From contig NC_037593.1 of NCBI RefSeq assembly GCF_003073045.1, positions 29,329,367-29,393,366 of the forward strand: a stretch of 64,000 nucleotides of DNA. The letters run 5' to 3'. Both the position numbers and the translations under genes were made by a program. The notes beneath the pieces were generated by a model. The model saw only the letters and a program-made list of their open reading frames with translations, did no database searches and was not told where the DNA came from. How positions within the stretch are numbered: the stretch's first letter is position 1; each line of letters begins with the position of its first letter. Positions 12,708-24,443 of the stretch are shown here, piece after piece. Origin of the DNA: Pomacea canaliculata. Its lineage: Eukaryota.

Positions 12708-12939
12708 CTTTTCTGTAAGCTTCAAAGAAAGGTTTCTTCTTGTCATCGTGTTTTAAATCTCCATGGGAGGTAGGTGTTGAAGGAGGAGTTGGAGGATGAG
12801 GAAAAGGAGGATGTTTCTTAAGTTCCGCATTTATCTTCAAGTTCTGGAAACTACAAGCTTCGGCGATGTCTTCACAAATTTCATCGGAGAGGTCTGTTTC
12901 CAGGAATTTGGCCAACTTTTTCACGTTTTGTACAGGATT
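12708..12939 (-). CDS. SULT-4 coding exon 4 (longest variant of the Pro-rich linker)
   Basis: 'ttttcag|AATCCTGTACAAAACGTG'. 'NPVQNVKKLAKFLETDLSDEICEDIAEACSFQNLKINAELKKHPPFPHPPTPPSTPTSHGDLKHDDKKKPFFEAYRK(G)'. GTGAGA donor. 232 nt. Confidence 0.85.
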
Positions 12940-13281
12940 CTGAAAACTCAGGAAAAGAATACCCATTAAAACGATGAATTACTTGTAAATGTGTTTCTAA
13001 AAATTATCCTTTATTGTTTGGCTTGGCTGTGACTTGAGTGAGGTTTGTCTACTAAGTTTGTTATGACAGGAATGTTTGTATTTGTAATGTAACTTGTTCC
13101 TGGACGAAAAGTGTGGGCTTTTGGGATTATGACAAAGTCAGGTAAGCGTATACACAACCAAATATACACTGCTAAAACTCCTTGAGTATTATTTTCAAAA
13201 TGATTTTGTCAATACTCATGTCGCAGGAAAATAATACCCTTACAAGTTCTGTGAATTATTTTTAAAAATCTGAAAATAAAC

Positions 13282-13385
13282 CTTCTTCATGTCCTCAAAT
13301 GACAGCGACAGAAAAGGTACGTCTGGGTTCTCCAGCGTAAAGGTGAGTACTTGTTTCAGATGTTCAAAATAATTGCCAGAGTCCA
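13282..13385 (-). CDS. SULT-4 coding exon 3
   Basis: 'gtttcag|TGGACTCTGGCAATTATTTTGAACATCTGAAACAAG..'. '(M)DSGNYFEHLKQVLTFTLENPDVPFLSLSFEDMKK'. GTTTAT donor. 104 nt. Confidence 0.8.
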
Positions 13386-13900
13386 CTGAAACATATTACA
13401 AAATTATAAAATTATTGGAAAATGAGCCAGATTTGTTGATATTCTGAATTTTTTGTTTATTTCCCACATGTCTATTTTCGATCCCTTGATCCTCTCCACG
13501 CCCCTACCCCCTCTCAAATAAAAACTTTGTGCTCAACTGAGAACACTCAGGCTTGTGTGCAGTTTCATGGTTAATATGAATGATATCGAAATTATTGTGG
13601 AAATAAGTGATTAAGTTATTCGCGCATTCGTTTATTCATTATACGGCCCATTGCTCTTTTATTTCTCGGTTAGTTATGTAAAGAATCAAGATTAGTATGC
13701 CTGTCATTTGATCATAATGCGAAAAGACGAAGGTAGACAGACATAAGCTGTTCAAGAAAAGATAAAAAGCAACACTTCAAGATTATAATTATGATGGAGA
13801 TTAATAATAAAACAAATTAAAGAAAAATATCATGTTATTTAAGGAATACAGGCCACAATCATAAAATATGTTTTTTGAAAGCTCAACTATAAAGTCTCAC

Positions 13901-14212
13901 TTTTTCCGTAGAAAAACAATTCAAAATAATCACTGAAGTCCATGTTTCTAAATCCCTTCATGTGATGATAATACGACACACACGAGTCCTTGGGGTTTCG
14001 GTACACGTGTAGCACCTTTGACTTCTTCTCCTTCATTTGTTTCCATGGTAACATAAAAAATGGCAGGTGTGAGTTGAAGATCCTAGGGGAAGGCGTTTGT
14101 TCCAGCTTCTCAAGATCGCTCATCTCCATCATCAACTGTTCTTTAGGGCGGTCATCGTACTGAGCTTTGCCCTGGAGCAGCATGGACAGCACCTCCCACA
14201 GCCAGTGAGTTC
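13901..14212 (-). CDS. SULT-4 coding exon 2 (312 nt, 5 codons shorter than most paralogs)
   Basis: 'gccatag|GAACTCACTGG'. '(G)THWLWEVLSMLLQGKAQYDDRPKEQLMMEM..NSHLPFFMLPWKQMKEKKSKVLHVYRNPKDSCVSYYHHMKGFRNMDFSDYFELFFYGK'. GTGAGA donor. Confidence 0.8.
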
Positions 14213-14539
14213 CTATGGCAACACAACACAATGTTTACACATCGATACATTCCTCTGTGATGTTTAAGTGTTTTTCATCAAGAAGACCTTAGCCAATCAC
14301 CAGAAGCTATTTTTTTTTTTGTGTGAAAAATTCATGTAACAGTAAGACTTGGGACCAGACTATGAAGATCTGAAGGTACAGCAGTGTATATATATATATC
14401 AACCTTTGCCAGTAGGTAAACCGGTGTAGTATTCTCACAATAAGACTAAAGGATGCAAGAATTGATAAAGTGGTGGAATCAAGACAGCGAGATAAAAGAA
14501 AGAAAGAGGAAATGACAGGTGAATCAGCAATGCCCCGAC

Positions 14540-14777
14540 CTGCTTTTGGGTAAGCAAGGAGAAAGATGTCATCGTCACGGAGCTCAAGTGAACGGAGACC
14601 TGCGATGTGAGTCTTCCAGTTCGTCGAGCGAGGACCTCTCGGAGGGAGGTCCCATCCTTCGAGAACATAGGGCTTATGTCGAGGGTCGTCTCCGGGGAAG
14701 GACATGGTTCCAGTTTTGTTTGGCGCAGAGTCTGATTCAGTGTTTTCTGCCAGCTTCTCGGGTTCTTCTGTCGCCAT
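14540..14777 (-). CDS. SULT-4 cytosolic sulfotransferase, coding exon 1 of 5
   Basis: ATG at 14777 (minus) 'MATEEPEKLAENTESDSAPNKTGTMSFPGDDPRHKPYVLEGWDLPPRGPRSTNWKTHIAGLRSLELRDDDIFLLAYPKA(G)'. GTCGGG donor. Confidence 0.8.
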
Positions 14778-16222
14778 TGGCTTTTGTTCTCTAAAAAAAA
14801 AGTCAGTAGAAAGCTTTTTTTATATAAAATTATAATTAGGCCAATAAGCTGAATCAAAGATGGTTGTCTTTGGCAACAGTTGCTCTTGTCAGTATCTGGA
14901 TTATTTATTGGTTCAAGCTAGTTCTTTAGTAAAGATGAATGTAAAAGCAGTCCTTACAAGTGTACATAAAAACTTAATCCTCAGACGTATGTAAAGCTCT
15001 TGTTATTTCAGTGTGGAATAGTTCTACAAAATATCACTGTATTATCTTTACAAAAAGTCAGCAGTCAGTGTGCAGGTAAACTTCATCACATCTTCACAGC
15101 TAGTGTTGACTCAAACTGTAACTGTTAAGCCCGACTATCAGCAGTAACCTTTTGAGCTGCACGACAATTCCTTGGTTTGGGTAACTCTGTCGGGTGGATT
15201 GGGGTAAGGGGCGAGTCACTGCAGTCTGACTTACCACAAATGGCATCATATCATGGCTAAGATATAGTCTTTGAATACTTTATCCTTGATTTTCTCATCT
15301 GAAATGTTTCTTTTCTTTGACCTTAATGACAGTATCCATTAATTAACAAATACCAAAAGGGAGAAACGCTTTAGCAGAACTACTGTCATACCTGGCAGAC
15401 TGATGATGAACAAATAAACAAACAAACAAACAGCCGTTCAACTGATCTTCAAGACGCCGACAGCTTACAGTATTCTCTACTCCAGTCTTTTCTCCCCCCT
15501 ACAAAGTCCGGTATCCTCAAGATGGTAGAAGCAATTGTTTTGATGCGAATGCACTTGTTCCTCCACTGTAGACGTTTGACATTTGTTTGTTAGCCAGTCA
15601 GCAAGTGCAGTTTAAATAGTGGCCCTTACTCCACCCCATTATTCAACTCATCACAGAGATAATTTCAGGTCGACAACTAACGACTGTTTGTCTGTAACTC
15701 TGGGTCTGTGGCGACTATTTCTGAACCAGGCCTCGTCTGTGATAGGGTGTAATCTCTAATATGTTAATGAGAATTGCAATTACAATGTGATTAATCATAA
15801 TATAATTTTCCCCACAGATATTCTAATTTTTTATTAATTTTTTTAATATTCTTTATCATCTGGCTTCGAGAAATGTGTTTTTGGGGAGTAATACGCCGTG
15901 GTGGAAGCTTTGATCTTCTGCGAAAAAAATTAAATAACGAGTAGTTATAAAAATAATTTTATTTGAAGTTGATCAAAATAACATGAACATATAGGAGTAA
16001 AATAATCTGGCGATTATAGGATAGACTGACAGATGTCTTTATCTTTCTGCCAGTTACAGTGTTGAGGTGGAGACAAGTCCCTTGTCGTCTGCTCTGTCAT
16101 TTCCTTCACCCTAATGTCATTGTGATGAGAGGGTCAACACTGTTGTTGTGGTGATACAAGCCAGTAGGATGTTGACCATTGAGGTATACTCTGCTGCACT
16201 CCAACCCACAAGGACAGGGGCT

Positions 16223-16610
16223 CGTCAGGAAAACTGATCTTCATCTTCAACTCGTCAGTCACGTGACACGACACGCGTTGACCCCGATGCATGTCATCAC
16301 ATTGGACTGCAGGCTGACGGTGTCGAATGATTTCTTTACCCGGTCTTTGCTCATCTTGTTGTTAGTCGGCTGCTTAATGATTTCCAGTCAAGTGATAAGA
16401 CTGTCGAGGAAATGAAATTGTTTGGTGCAGTCATGCGCAGTCGCAGCTTACATGTCTTCATGGCTGATCTTCGTTTTTTCATTACTTAAGCAGTTTGCAA
16501 ACCGGTTCGTAATTGAAACACGTGTGAGAATGGGTTGCAAACAATCTAGTCACGTGACTGTCGGGTTGAAGATGTAGAACAGTTTACCTGACGCCCCTCC
16601 GTCTCTAAAC
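16223..16610. mobile_element. Candidate MITE/foldback element with ~60-bp terminal inverted repeats, each carrying the palindrome GTCACGTGAC at its inner end
   Basis: Left arm 16223-16285 is 'ggggctcgtcaggaaaactgatcttcatcttcaactcgtcagtcacgtgac'. Right arm 16548-16610 'gtcacgtgactgtcgggttgaagatgtagaacagtttacctgacgcccc' is its near-perfect reverse complement. A solo third copy of the arm lies at ~10990-11075. Confidence 0.5.
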
Positions 16611-18056
16611 CGCGAGGGGTTAGAATGTAGCACAGTTCGTGTTCACCTCCGCGGCCAACTGTTTCCCTGGCTTGTGTAACCGCCAACGGTGTTGACCGAG
16701 AACCCCCTGACCCCGCCTTCCTGCCTCTCGATGACGTCATGAGAGTAGAGGTCAGGGGGCAGGAAGTAGAACAGAGCAGACAGAAAGTACATGTAAGTTG
16801 TTTCTCCGTCACTTACCAGCTAATGCTGTCAATTATGCAGCATTCAAACAATTACCATGCTGCATTTCGACACAGATTATTTGTACTACAGTAGAAAAGG
16901 GATAAAATATGTACTTTTGTCGAATAGTGTTTAAACAAAGTAGCAAGATAGATATTCATTTAAAACTGTCCAATCAAGTCGAATGAAATAAAAAAAACTA
17001 TTTCTAACCTGGAATTTTCTGAATGCGTGTATTTATAAATTCTTCTCATTGTAAACAGTTGAGATGTTGAAGGAGGGGTGGGGAACATCAGGTGATATTC
17101 TCATATTCTCATCTTTTCTGTCTTCTAGCAAACTCATTGAGTGAAACAAACAATCTGAATCGGGAATATTCGCTGAGAGGTGGCGGGCTCACCCACAAGG
17201 GAGATAACAATGTTAATTAACTGTTATCATTTCAAAATGGCGGCGGGCTTCTCAAGAACCTCTTACAGATTGTATGCCTAGGACAATAGAGTGCTTTTTC
17301 AGATATGTTCCTGCCACAGAGCTAGAGTTTCAATGAACTATTAATTATCGTCCTGAGAGGATTATTTCCGTCAGGTCTCCCGCCTGAAGTATACACCACT
17401 AGTTAAAAACATGTGATCATTAGCTAACGGGTACAGACTGGGTTTTCAACTTATCTGTTTGCATAAAGTGTGAAAAAGTTCTCAGTGGGCAGAGACTGGA
17501 TGAAGAAATTACCTGTTAACGGTTTGAAATCAGTTTGTCAAACGGTTGTTTCTCTGGCAGTTGTGCCTCGGTATGACTGCAGCACTGTTTAAACTTTGTC
17601 TCCTGTGTTTATAATTGTTTATTTGTAGATATTGTCATTAATATTGAGCCAAACTGCAGCTAAGATTTGAGAGCTTAAATATTTCAGAAGAAATATAGTT
17701 ACATCACAGTCATTATGTTCGTGGTAAATGTGTGACTGGAATTACGATCAGGGTAGTGTATTCTGGTATGTTCTTAGACTGCTTTGATCAAGTACAAACT
17801 ACATGTACCCGTGTCACCAGGCTAAAATTGAACAAACGGTAACGACTTCAGTGCACCAGCTCTGGTTTCTGCTTCAGGAGTACATGAGTTCTTTAAGACT
17901 GAAATGAAATCATGGTAAGACTGGGATTTACTCTCCTCCTAATAGCTTTCATGTGGGGTGAATAGAACACAGTACTAGCAACCACCCGACAAACCTTTAG
18001 CTCATTAGTTCCGATTTTACACACACGACATCGAACGATTCTTTCAGGAAATCAAA

Positions 18057-18294
18057 ATGGCGGCGGAAGAGCCACAGAAGCAGGTGGACGACACTTTGTC
18101 TGGAACCACGCCTGGACAGGCTGGAACTTTGAACTTTGTAGAAGGTGAAACTCAGCCTGTGAGCTACATTCTGGAAGGATGGGCTCTCCCTCCAAAGATG
18201 CCCCGCGTGACGAGCTGGGAAACTCACATCGCAGGACTTCGCTCCCTTCAGCTCCGTGAAGATGACATCTTCCTCTGTGCTTACCCCAAGGCAG
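18057..18294 (+). CDS. SULT-5 cytosolic sulfotransferase, coding exon 1 of 5
   Basis: ATG at 18057 'MAAEEPQKQVDDTLSGTTPGQAGTLNFVEGETQPVSYILEGWALPPKMPRVTSWETHIAGLRSLQLREDDIFLCAYPKA(G)'. GTTGGT donor at 18295. Confidence 0.85.
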
Positions 18295-18489
18295 GTTGGT
18301 GCACCCTTTGTTTGAGGCAAAGTTGTATTGCATTATGGGTACGTTTCCTGTTCTTAGTGTATTCTTCTCTTTGGCTTTTCTTAAAGGTCACTTTACTTTT
18401 CAAAATTATGATAAGATCATGAGAAAGTTTACTGGTTGACCAGTGCTTGAAGGCAAATGTTGATAAATATTATGGCTAAAATTTATGTC

Positions 18490-18730
18490 GAGACTGAAGC
18501 CTGTGTACATTTTCTCTTTTTGGTTTTGTTTTGCCTTTGTTTGTTTTTCTGTTTTGTTTGTTTGTTTGTTTGTTTTTTTGTGGTTTTTTTGTTGTTGTTG
18601 TTTTTGGTTTTTTTGTGGGGGGGGGGTTGTTTGTTTTTTGGCGTTTTGTTTGTTGGGGTTGGTTTTTTTTGTTGTTTCGTCTTGTTTTTTGGTTTTTTTT
18701 CTCTGTTTGTATGTGTGTGTGTGTGTGTTA
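18490..18730. repeat. GT-rich low-complexity microsatellite ((GTTT)n, (GTTTT)n, G10, (GT)n) inside SULT-5 intron 1
   Basis: 'ttttgttttgcctttgtttgtttttctgttttgtttgtttgtttgtttgttttttt..gtgggggggggg..gtatgtgtgtgtgtgtgtg'. Produces the spurious K/Q-rich ORF 18406..18747 on the minus strand. Confidence 0.85.
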
Positions 18731-18937
18731 CTTAACAGACAGCTCATAGTTTCTTCTTAATGAGAATGATTCAGTAGTAAGTAATGAAGACCGAAGACAA
18801 TACAGCATGGCATCGTCTCATGGTTAGATATAAAATTACAACCACATTACTAAATGAACCAAAGAAAAATACTTCAAAGGTCACAGAAGAATGTCAGAAG
18901 AATGTATCATTGTGTAAACATGTTTACGTTGCCATAG

Positions 18938-19264
18938 GAACTCACTGGCTGTGGGAAGTGCTGTCCATGCTGCTACAGGGCAAGGCTCAATACGATAACC
19001 GTGTTAAGGAACAGTTGATGATGGAGATCAGCGACCTAGACAAACTGGAACAAACGCCTTCCCCTAGGATCTTCAACTCGCACCTGCCATTTTTTATGTT
19101 ACCATGGAAACAGATGAAAGAGAAGAAGTCAAAGGTGCTACACGTGTACCGAAATCCCAAGGACTCGTGTGTGTCGTATTATCATCACATGAAGGGATTT
19201 AAACACGACATATTCCACAACATGGCCTTCGATGAGTATTTCGAACTGTTTTTCTATGGAAGAT
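18938..19264 (+). CDS. SULT-5 coding exon 2
   Basis: 'gccatag|GAACTCACTGG'. '(G)THWLWEVLSMLLQGKAQYDNRVKEQLMMEI..NSHLPFFMLPWKQMKEKKSKVLHVYRNPKDSCVSYYHHMKGFKHDIFHNMAFDEYFELFFYGR(C)'. GTGAGT donor. 327 nt. Confidence 0.85.
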
Positions 19265-19498
19265 GTGAGTGACACAGTTTGTAAATATTTTGTTTAATGC
19301 TATTGTTACCGCTTCTCTCCCTTTTTTAAATAATTAAGTCTTTTTTCTATCAAAAGGTTTTATTCTGTTTTAATATTTTTCATGTTCTTTCTTCTGAGAT
19401 TATTTGTATTTGGTTTGGAATGGTTTTAACAATATTTATCCTTCACTTTTTAACGCAGTTTTTATCATGTTTATGATGGAAGGAAGGAATGTTTTCAG

Positions 19499-19602
19499 TG
19501 CACTTTGACAACTATTTTGAGCATCTCAAGCAAGTACATAAATTTACTCAGGAAAATCCAGATGTGCCACTGTTGTCTCTGTCATTTGAAGACATGAAGA
19601 AG
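19499..19602 (+). CDS. SULT-5 coding exon 3
   Basis: 'gttttcag|TGCACTTTGAC'. '(L)HFDNYFEHLKQVHKFTQENPDVPLLSLSFEDMKK'. GTTAGT donor. 104 nt. Confidence 0.85.
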
Positions 19603-19913
19603 GTTAGTCTTTCACCTTAAAATGTTTACTTAGTCAGATTAAAATAGTAAGAAATAGACTTCTGAAACATGAATATTGACAAAAACTCCTTTTCAATTTT
19701 TTTTTCATCTCTGTGAGGATTTTAAGTGGTCATCTTTTTACTTGTCTGCTATAGTACAGAAGTAGCTACCTGTCAATCTTTATGCTTTATATTAAAATTA
19801 TCTGTCACACAAGGTTGAATTTTTTGCTCTTTTCGTGTCAGAACGAGAAAAGTAAACAATACTAATATGCTGTAGAACAGTTTTTATTCCTTGGTATTTT
19901 GTTATTGTTTTAG

Positions 19914-20130
19914 AATCCTGTAGACAATGTGAAAAAGCTGGCCAAGTTCCTGGGCATTGACCTCCCAGACACAGTGTATGAAAACATCGCCGAGGCTTGC
20001 AGCTTCCAGAACTTGAAGCGGAATGCAGAATTCAAAACACGTGATCCTCCTCCTCCTCTTCCTCATCCTCCACCTAAAGATGTCATCGGCGATGAAAAGG
20101 ACCATTTGTTCTTAAGAGCTTATAGGAAAG
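19914..20130 (+). CDS. SULT-5 coding exon 4 (Pro-rich linker variant)
   Basis: 'ttttag|AATCCTGTAGACAATGTG'. 'NPVDNVKKLAKFLGIDLPDTVYENIAEACSFQNLKRNAEFKTRDPPPPLPHPPPKDVIGDEKDHLFLRAYRK(G)'. GTGAGA donor. 217 nt. Confidence 0.85.
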
Positions 20131-20347
20131 GTGAGACAACATGTTAAATAAAAAGCTTTTTAATATTCTCTGAAGAAGAAAAATGTTGATCTTTCCAAGA
20201 GAAAGGTGGGGGAATGAGCAAGTACAAGAGAAGTGAATGTGAAAGAGATAATGAAGGAAATGCATAATGGGGGACTCAGCAAAGAAAAAAAAGCTTATTC
20301 ATGTATGTAAAAAAATTACAATATCTGCTTTCTTATTTTATTTGTAG

Positions 20348-20457
20348 GAGAAATCGGGGACTGGAGGAATTACTTTACAGAAACCCTGAACGAGAGAGTG
20401 GACCCTTTCATAGAGAAGCAGATGGCGGGACTTTCCTACATTATGCAATACTCGTGA
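20348..20457 (+). CDS. SULT-5 coding exon 5
   Basis: 'ttgtag|GAGAAATCGGGGACTGG'. '(G)EIGDWRNYFTETLNERVDPFIEKQMAGLSYIMQYS*'. TGA stop at 20455-20457. Exon sum 996 nt = 332 codons. Confidence 0.85.
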
Positions 20458-21613
20458 TGCTGAGAACCGACTGAGTTCATTTCCTCTGAGGTCAAAAACA
20501 GACGCAAGCAGGGACCATCAGGCTACAATATTCTTTCAAGATTCAAGATTCAAGATTCAAGATTTCTTAAATTAAAATGTCACCCTTGAAGGAATATTGA
20601 GATATTCGAAAAAGATGCAGATATATCTACCTTCAGACATATTCTTATCTATCTTTATATACAATATCTCTCACTCATACCCACACACCCACCATCCACA
20701 CAGACAAACATATTTCACTGGTCGGTTTATAATAAATAATAAAATAGCTTTCCAAAGCAGCTAAGGACTGTGATATCACGGTAGTTATTTGGATCACTTT
20801 GTGTTTAAACGTTGGTGTTATAATACCTGTTGCCCATTCTGTAGGAACATAACCTGTTGCCTTTGGCTGTGAGAGATTTTTAAAAATCCATTTATTGTTG
20901 TCACAAACAAAACTCGACTACAGATGTACAAAGAAAGTGTAAAACTCGGTATCCACTTGATTGATCCAGTGTAGACTACTGTCTGATGAGTTTGTAATCC
21001 TACTTGTGGAGTTTTCTTCTGACAATCTGAGAATAAAAGTTATGTTATTTTTAAATTTTGATGTTGACATTTTATGATTTAGACATCTATGTTGCATTTG
21101 TGTGTACAATTTAAGTATTGAGATGCTTGTGTTGTCTTTCTTTTATGATGCCTGTCTTTGCGCTCAGGGGTTATCTCTTGCTAAAATGCTCTTTGCTTGA
21201 AAGTTTTCGTTGCTTTTACAATTAGGCTTAAAAATCATTCTTTATTCTGAGGTTATATATATATTCTTGCAATTACTTAACCAGTCTACTGCCATCTGTT
21301 ATCTATCATTTGGAACCTACTTCACTATTTAGCATGTAAGTAAACACACACACACAAAAGAAATGAGCCTTACATAGGTATGTCCTGTCCAGCATCATCA
21401 AAAGTTTAATAACCTGAGACCAGGTTTCTACTAAATCTTACTTTTGTCTCTTCCACACAGGAGCAATGAACAATAAAGACGCGAAAAAAATAAAAGAAAC
21501 ATTAGAGATGAACCACACTGGGTAGTCACTTGAACAAATAGATTCCCGAGTTCCATTTTGCAGATTACAAGTTACACAAATACAAACAAGGTATTGACCT
21601 ATGATTGCAAACA

Positions 21614-21723
21614 TTACGAGTACTGCAGGCCGTAAGGAAGTCCTTCCATCCGCTCTTTAATAACGGCGTCCATCTTCTCGCTCATGGCCACTGTGAAGTA
21701 GTTCTTCCAGTCTCCTATTTCCC
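21614..21723 (-). CDS. SULT-6 coding exon 5
   Basis: 'ctccag|GGGAAATAGGAGACTGG'. '(G)[35 protein letters not shown]'. TAA stop at 21614-21616. Exon sum 984 nt. Confidence 0.85.
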
Positions 21724-21777
21724 CTGGAGCATCAGTAAATGATCTTCAGAATTATTTCAAATGTTCGCATACACACA

Positions 21778-21802
21778 CACTCGTTCTCTCTCTCTCTCTC
21801 GC

Positions 21803-21834
<32 letters not shown>

Positions 21835-21852
21835 GCTCTCTCTCTCTCGCTC
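21778..21852. repeat. Imperfect (CT)n/(CTCTCGCT)n microsatellite in SULT-6 intron 4 (same intron as the SULT-2 CT-repeat)
   Basis: 'ctcgttctctctctctctctcgctctctctctctcgctctctctctctctctctcgctctctctctctcgctctc'. Confidence 0.8.
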
Positions 21853-21929
21853 TCACACACAGAAAAAGAGAGTAGCACTTCAATTTCTCATAAAGATACG
21901 TTTCCATCTAAACAAATAATAAAACATAC

Positions 21930-22125
21930 CTTTTCGGTAAAATTCAATGCGAGTTTGTTTTTTCTCCTTATTTTCATTTTCTGGATAATCGCACCAGACT
22001 TTTTTAATTTCAGCTCCTTTCTTCAATTTCTTGAAGCTGCAGGCGTCAGCGATGTCTTCACAGAGTTTGTCGTCCACGTCCACTTCCAAAAATGTGGCCA
22101 AACGTTTGATGTTTTCAGTCGGACT
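21930..22125 (-). CDS. SULT-6 coding exon 4
   Basis: 'tctttcag|AGTCCGACTGAAAACATC'. 'SPTENIKRLATFLEVDVDDKLCEDIADACSFKKLKKGAEIKKVWCDYPENENKEKKQTRIEFYRK(G)'. GTATGT donor. 196 nt. Confidence 0.8.
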
Positions 22126-22278
22126 CTGAAAGATTTTTAAAAATCGCAACACTTGAACCTAAAAATATTTAGATATTTTTAGTAGATGCATGATTAATAA
22201 TACTTGTTGGACAGATACATTTGACTGAAGTATCATATTGTAAAAGAATACTAAGGCTGAATACAAGTGTCATCAAAC

Positions 22279-22382
22279 CTTCTTCATGTCTTCAAAGGAC
22301 AGTGACAGTACGGGTACATCAGGGTTCTCCTGTGAAAATGTAGTAAACTGCTTCATATGCCAGAAGTAATTGTCCAGGGGTA
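22279..22382 (-). CDS. SULT-6 coding exon 3
   Basis: 'tgtttcag|TACCCCTGGACAATTAC'. '(x)PLDNYFWHMKQFTTFSQENPDVPVLSLSFEDMKK'. GTTTGA donor. 104 nt. Confidence 0.8.
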
Positions 22383-22683
22383 CTGAAACAAGATTTTCTT
22401 GTACGAGTTTATTTTTATCTTGTTTTGTTAAGTGTCTCTATTTCGCACAATCGTTTTTCTACTTCTGTGCCTGTCGGTGTTTTTAAAAAAATTAGTGATT
22501 ATTTCTGTACTTCTTTCTTTGTACAGAAGATTATCATCTCACATACCGTTCTTTTCTGAACAAAAATTTATTTGTAAAATATTATCGCCTTAAGTCTTAT
22601 CTGTTACACTATACATTATTTCAATCTAGACAATTTGACTAATAAAGATATAAAAACCCAACAAAGGCAAAAAGGATACAAAC

Positions 22684-23010
22684 ATCTTCCAGAGAAGAAC
22701 AACTCGCAGAAATCGTTGAATGCCATGTCGTGAATTGGAGTATCATCAAAGACATTCAGATGGTGGTAGTAGGACACACAAGAATCTTTGGGATTTCGAT
22801 ACACGTGTAGAATCTTTGTTCGTTTCTCCTTCATCTGTTGCCATGGCAGCATGTGGAAAGGCAGATGTGAGTTAAAGATTCTAGGTGCCGGAGTTTTCTC
22901 CAGTTTGTTAAGGTCAGTGAACTCCACCATGAGTTCCTCCTTGGGGCGACTGTCATACTCGGCCTTGCCCTGCAACAACATGGAGGTCACCTCCCACAGC
23001 CAGTGAGTTC
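22684..23010 (-). CDS. SULT-6 coding exon 2
   Basis: 'tttgcag|GAACTCACTGG'. '(G)THWLWEVTSMLLQGKAEYDSRPKEELMVEF..NSHLPFHMLPWQQMKEKRTKILHVYRNPKDSCVSYYHHLNVFDDTPIHDMAFNDFCELFFSGR(C)'. GTTTGT donor. 327 nt. The longer ORF 22616..23326 is intronic read-through. Confidence 0.85.
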
Positions 23011-23170
23011 CTGCAAAATAATTAACTCGTGTAAAAGTGTTTAAATCGTCTACACTTAATATGGATTTGATCACTGAGATATATGTGGAACAGTTTGTTG
23101 TGTGTTGTGTTTGTGCTTGTCCCTGGATGATGCTGAGAGAACTAGGGATGAAGATGGTGGATTTACTCAC

Positions 23171-23417
23171 CTGCTTTGGGATAAGCAAGAATAAACAGGT
23201 CATCGTCTCGAAGCTGCATTTGTTTGAGGTCATCAATGTGGACATCCCAGCTCGTCGACAGGGTGGGTGGTGGCATCGGATAGAAGGCGAAACCATCGAG
23301 GATGTAGGTGAAAGGTCGTGGGTCATCTCCCAGGAAGGTCATAGTTCCCGCCGACCCGCTGCGGGCAGTGGCCTCGCCATTTTCAACTGCTGCAGTCTGC
23401 ACCGCTTCCGACTCCAT
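23171..23417 (-). CDS. SULT-6 cytosolic sulfotransferase (subfamily II), coding exon 1 of 5
   Basis: ATG at 23417 (minus) 'MESEAVQTAAVENGEATARSGSAGTMTFLGDDPRPFTYILDGFAFYPMPPPTLSTSWDVHIDDLKQMQLRDDDLFILAYPKA(G)'. GTGAGT donor. Confidence 0.85.
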
Positions 23418-24443
23418 AAACCTGTCTTAATTATCGCTAAAACAGATTTTACACTTTGATGGATTCCTATTTTCGCTTGATAACAAATAGTTTTTATTTT
23501 AAGTGAAATGATTGAAGAGTTCTTTTAAACAAGCTGATAATAAAAATTTTCTTACATAAAGATAAAGCAAAACACTTTGCTAGAGCAGGACTGTTATCGT
23601 CTCTGGCCAAAAAAAAACTTGCCTCAATTATCGCAATTATCCTGATTATGACAGAGGCCCAACTTTTTGACTTGGTGATATCTTTTTATAATCGGTGTTC
23701 AATGTTCCCAGTCATACAGAGTTGAAGTTTCAGCTAGACAGACCAGTCCAATTTGTTACAATTTTTATTTGCCTTAATCTTACTATGGTCAAGTTTTGAG
23801 ATGATGACAAGTGAGAAATATGTTTCTAATAACAAACTTAACTCCTAATTCAAAAAGCCATAAAAAGTATTTTGTGTCTTTATCGTATTGTCCTGGGTAA
23901 TTTTTGTTTACTGTTCTGTTAGGTGCAAGGTTTTTCTCATGTGTATTTGTCTGACGAAGGTTGGTCTCTCGGTATCTCAGGTTTCAAAGATATATGTAAC
24001 TAGTTTAAGCAATTGTGTAACAAGCTGGATATTAAAGAGTTGGTATTATGAATGAACTTCTGTTTCGTACATGTCGCATAACGGTTAGAAAAATTCCGGT
24101 AATATTACTTGATTAATTGTTACAGTGGGTATAGTCCAGAAACACCCAAGTTGAACATCAACGGTAAACTTTTTATATAATCGAAAATATAATACTTTTT
24201 AAGCATGAGTTAAAAACATACCACCCACAAGTTAGCACAGAAATATTGGTGTAATCTATTCTTTAAGATAGAAGATCTTACCTTGAAATCGACTGACTAC
24301 CCTGGTACGAGCTACCCTTGATGAAGTGGCAACTGAATCACCACAGATGAAAATAAATCATCAAATGAGTTCAGCGATAAGCTTGGCCTCGCGAGCTAAA
24401 GGACAGCACACGCTGCACGCTCGTGGATTTTTTTTTTTTTTTT

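Noticed and set aside
14307-14857. ORFs 14307..14777 and 14435..14857 extending beyond SULT-4 exon 1
   Set aside because: The C-terminal parts ('..RGIADSPVISSFFLLSRC..') are intron read-through after the GT donor at 14539. The second ORF is an overlapping frame with no SULT similarity.
18406-18760. K/Q/T-rich ORF 18406..18747 (minus) and C/F/V-rich ORFs 18457..18760 (plus)
   Set aside because: Translation products of the GT-rich microsatellite inside SULT-5 intron 1. They are low-complexity artefacts.
22616-23326. Long 236-aa ORF spanning SULT-6 exon 2
   Set aside because: Only 22684..23010 is exon. The remainder is in-frame intronic read-through on both sides. Splice sites and paralog comparison define the true exon.
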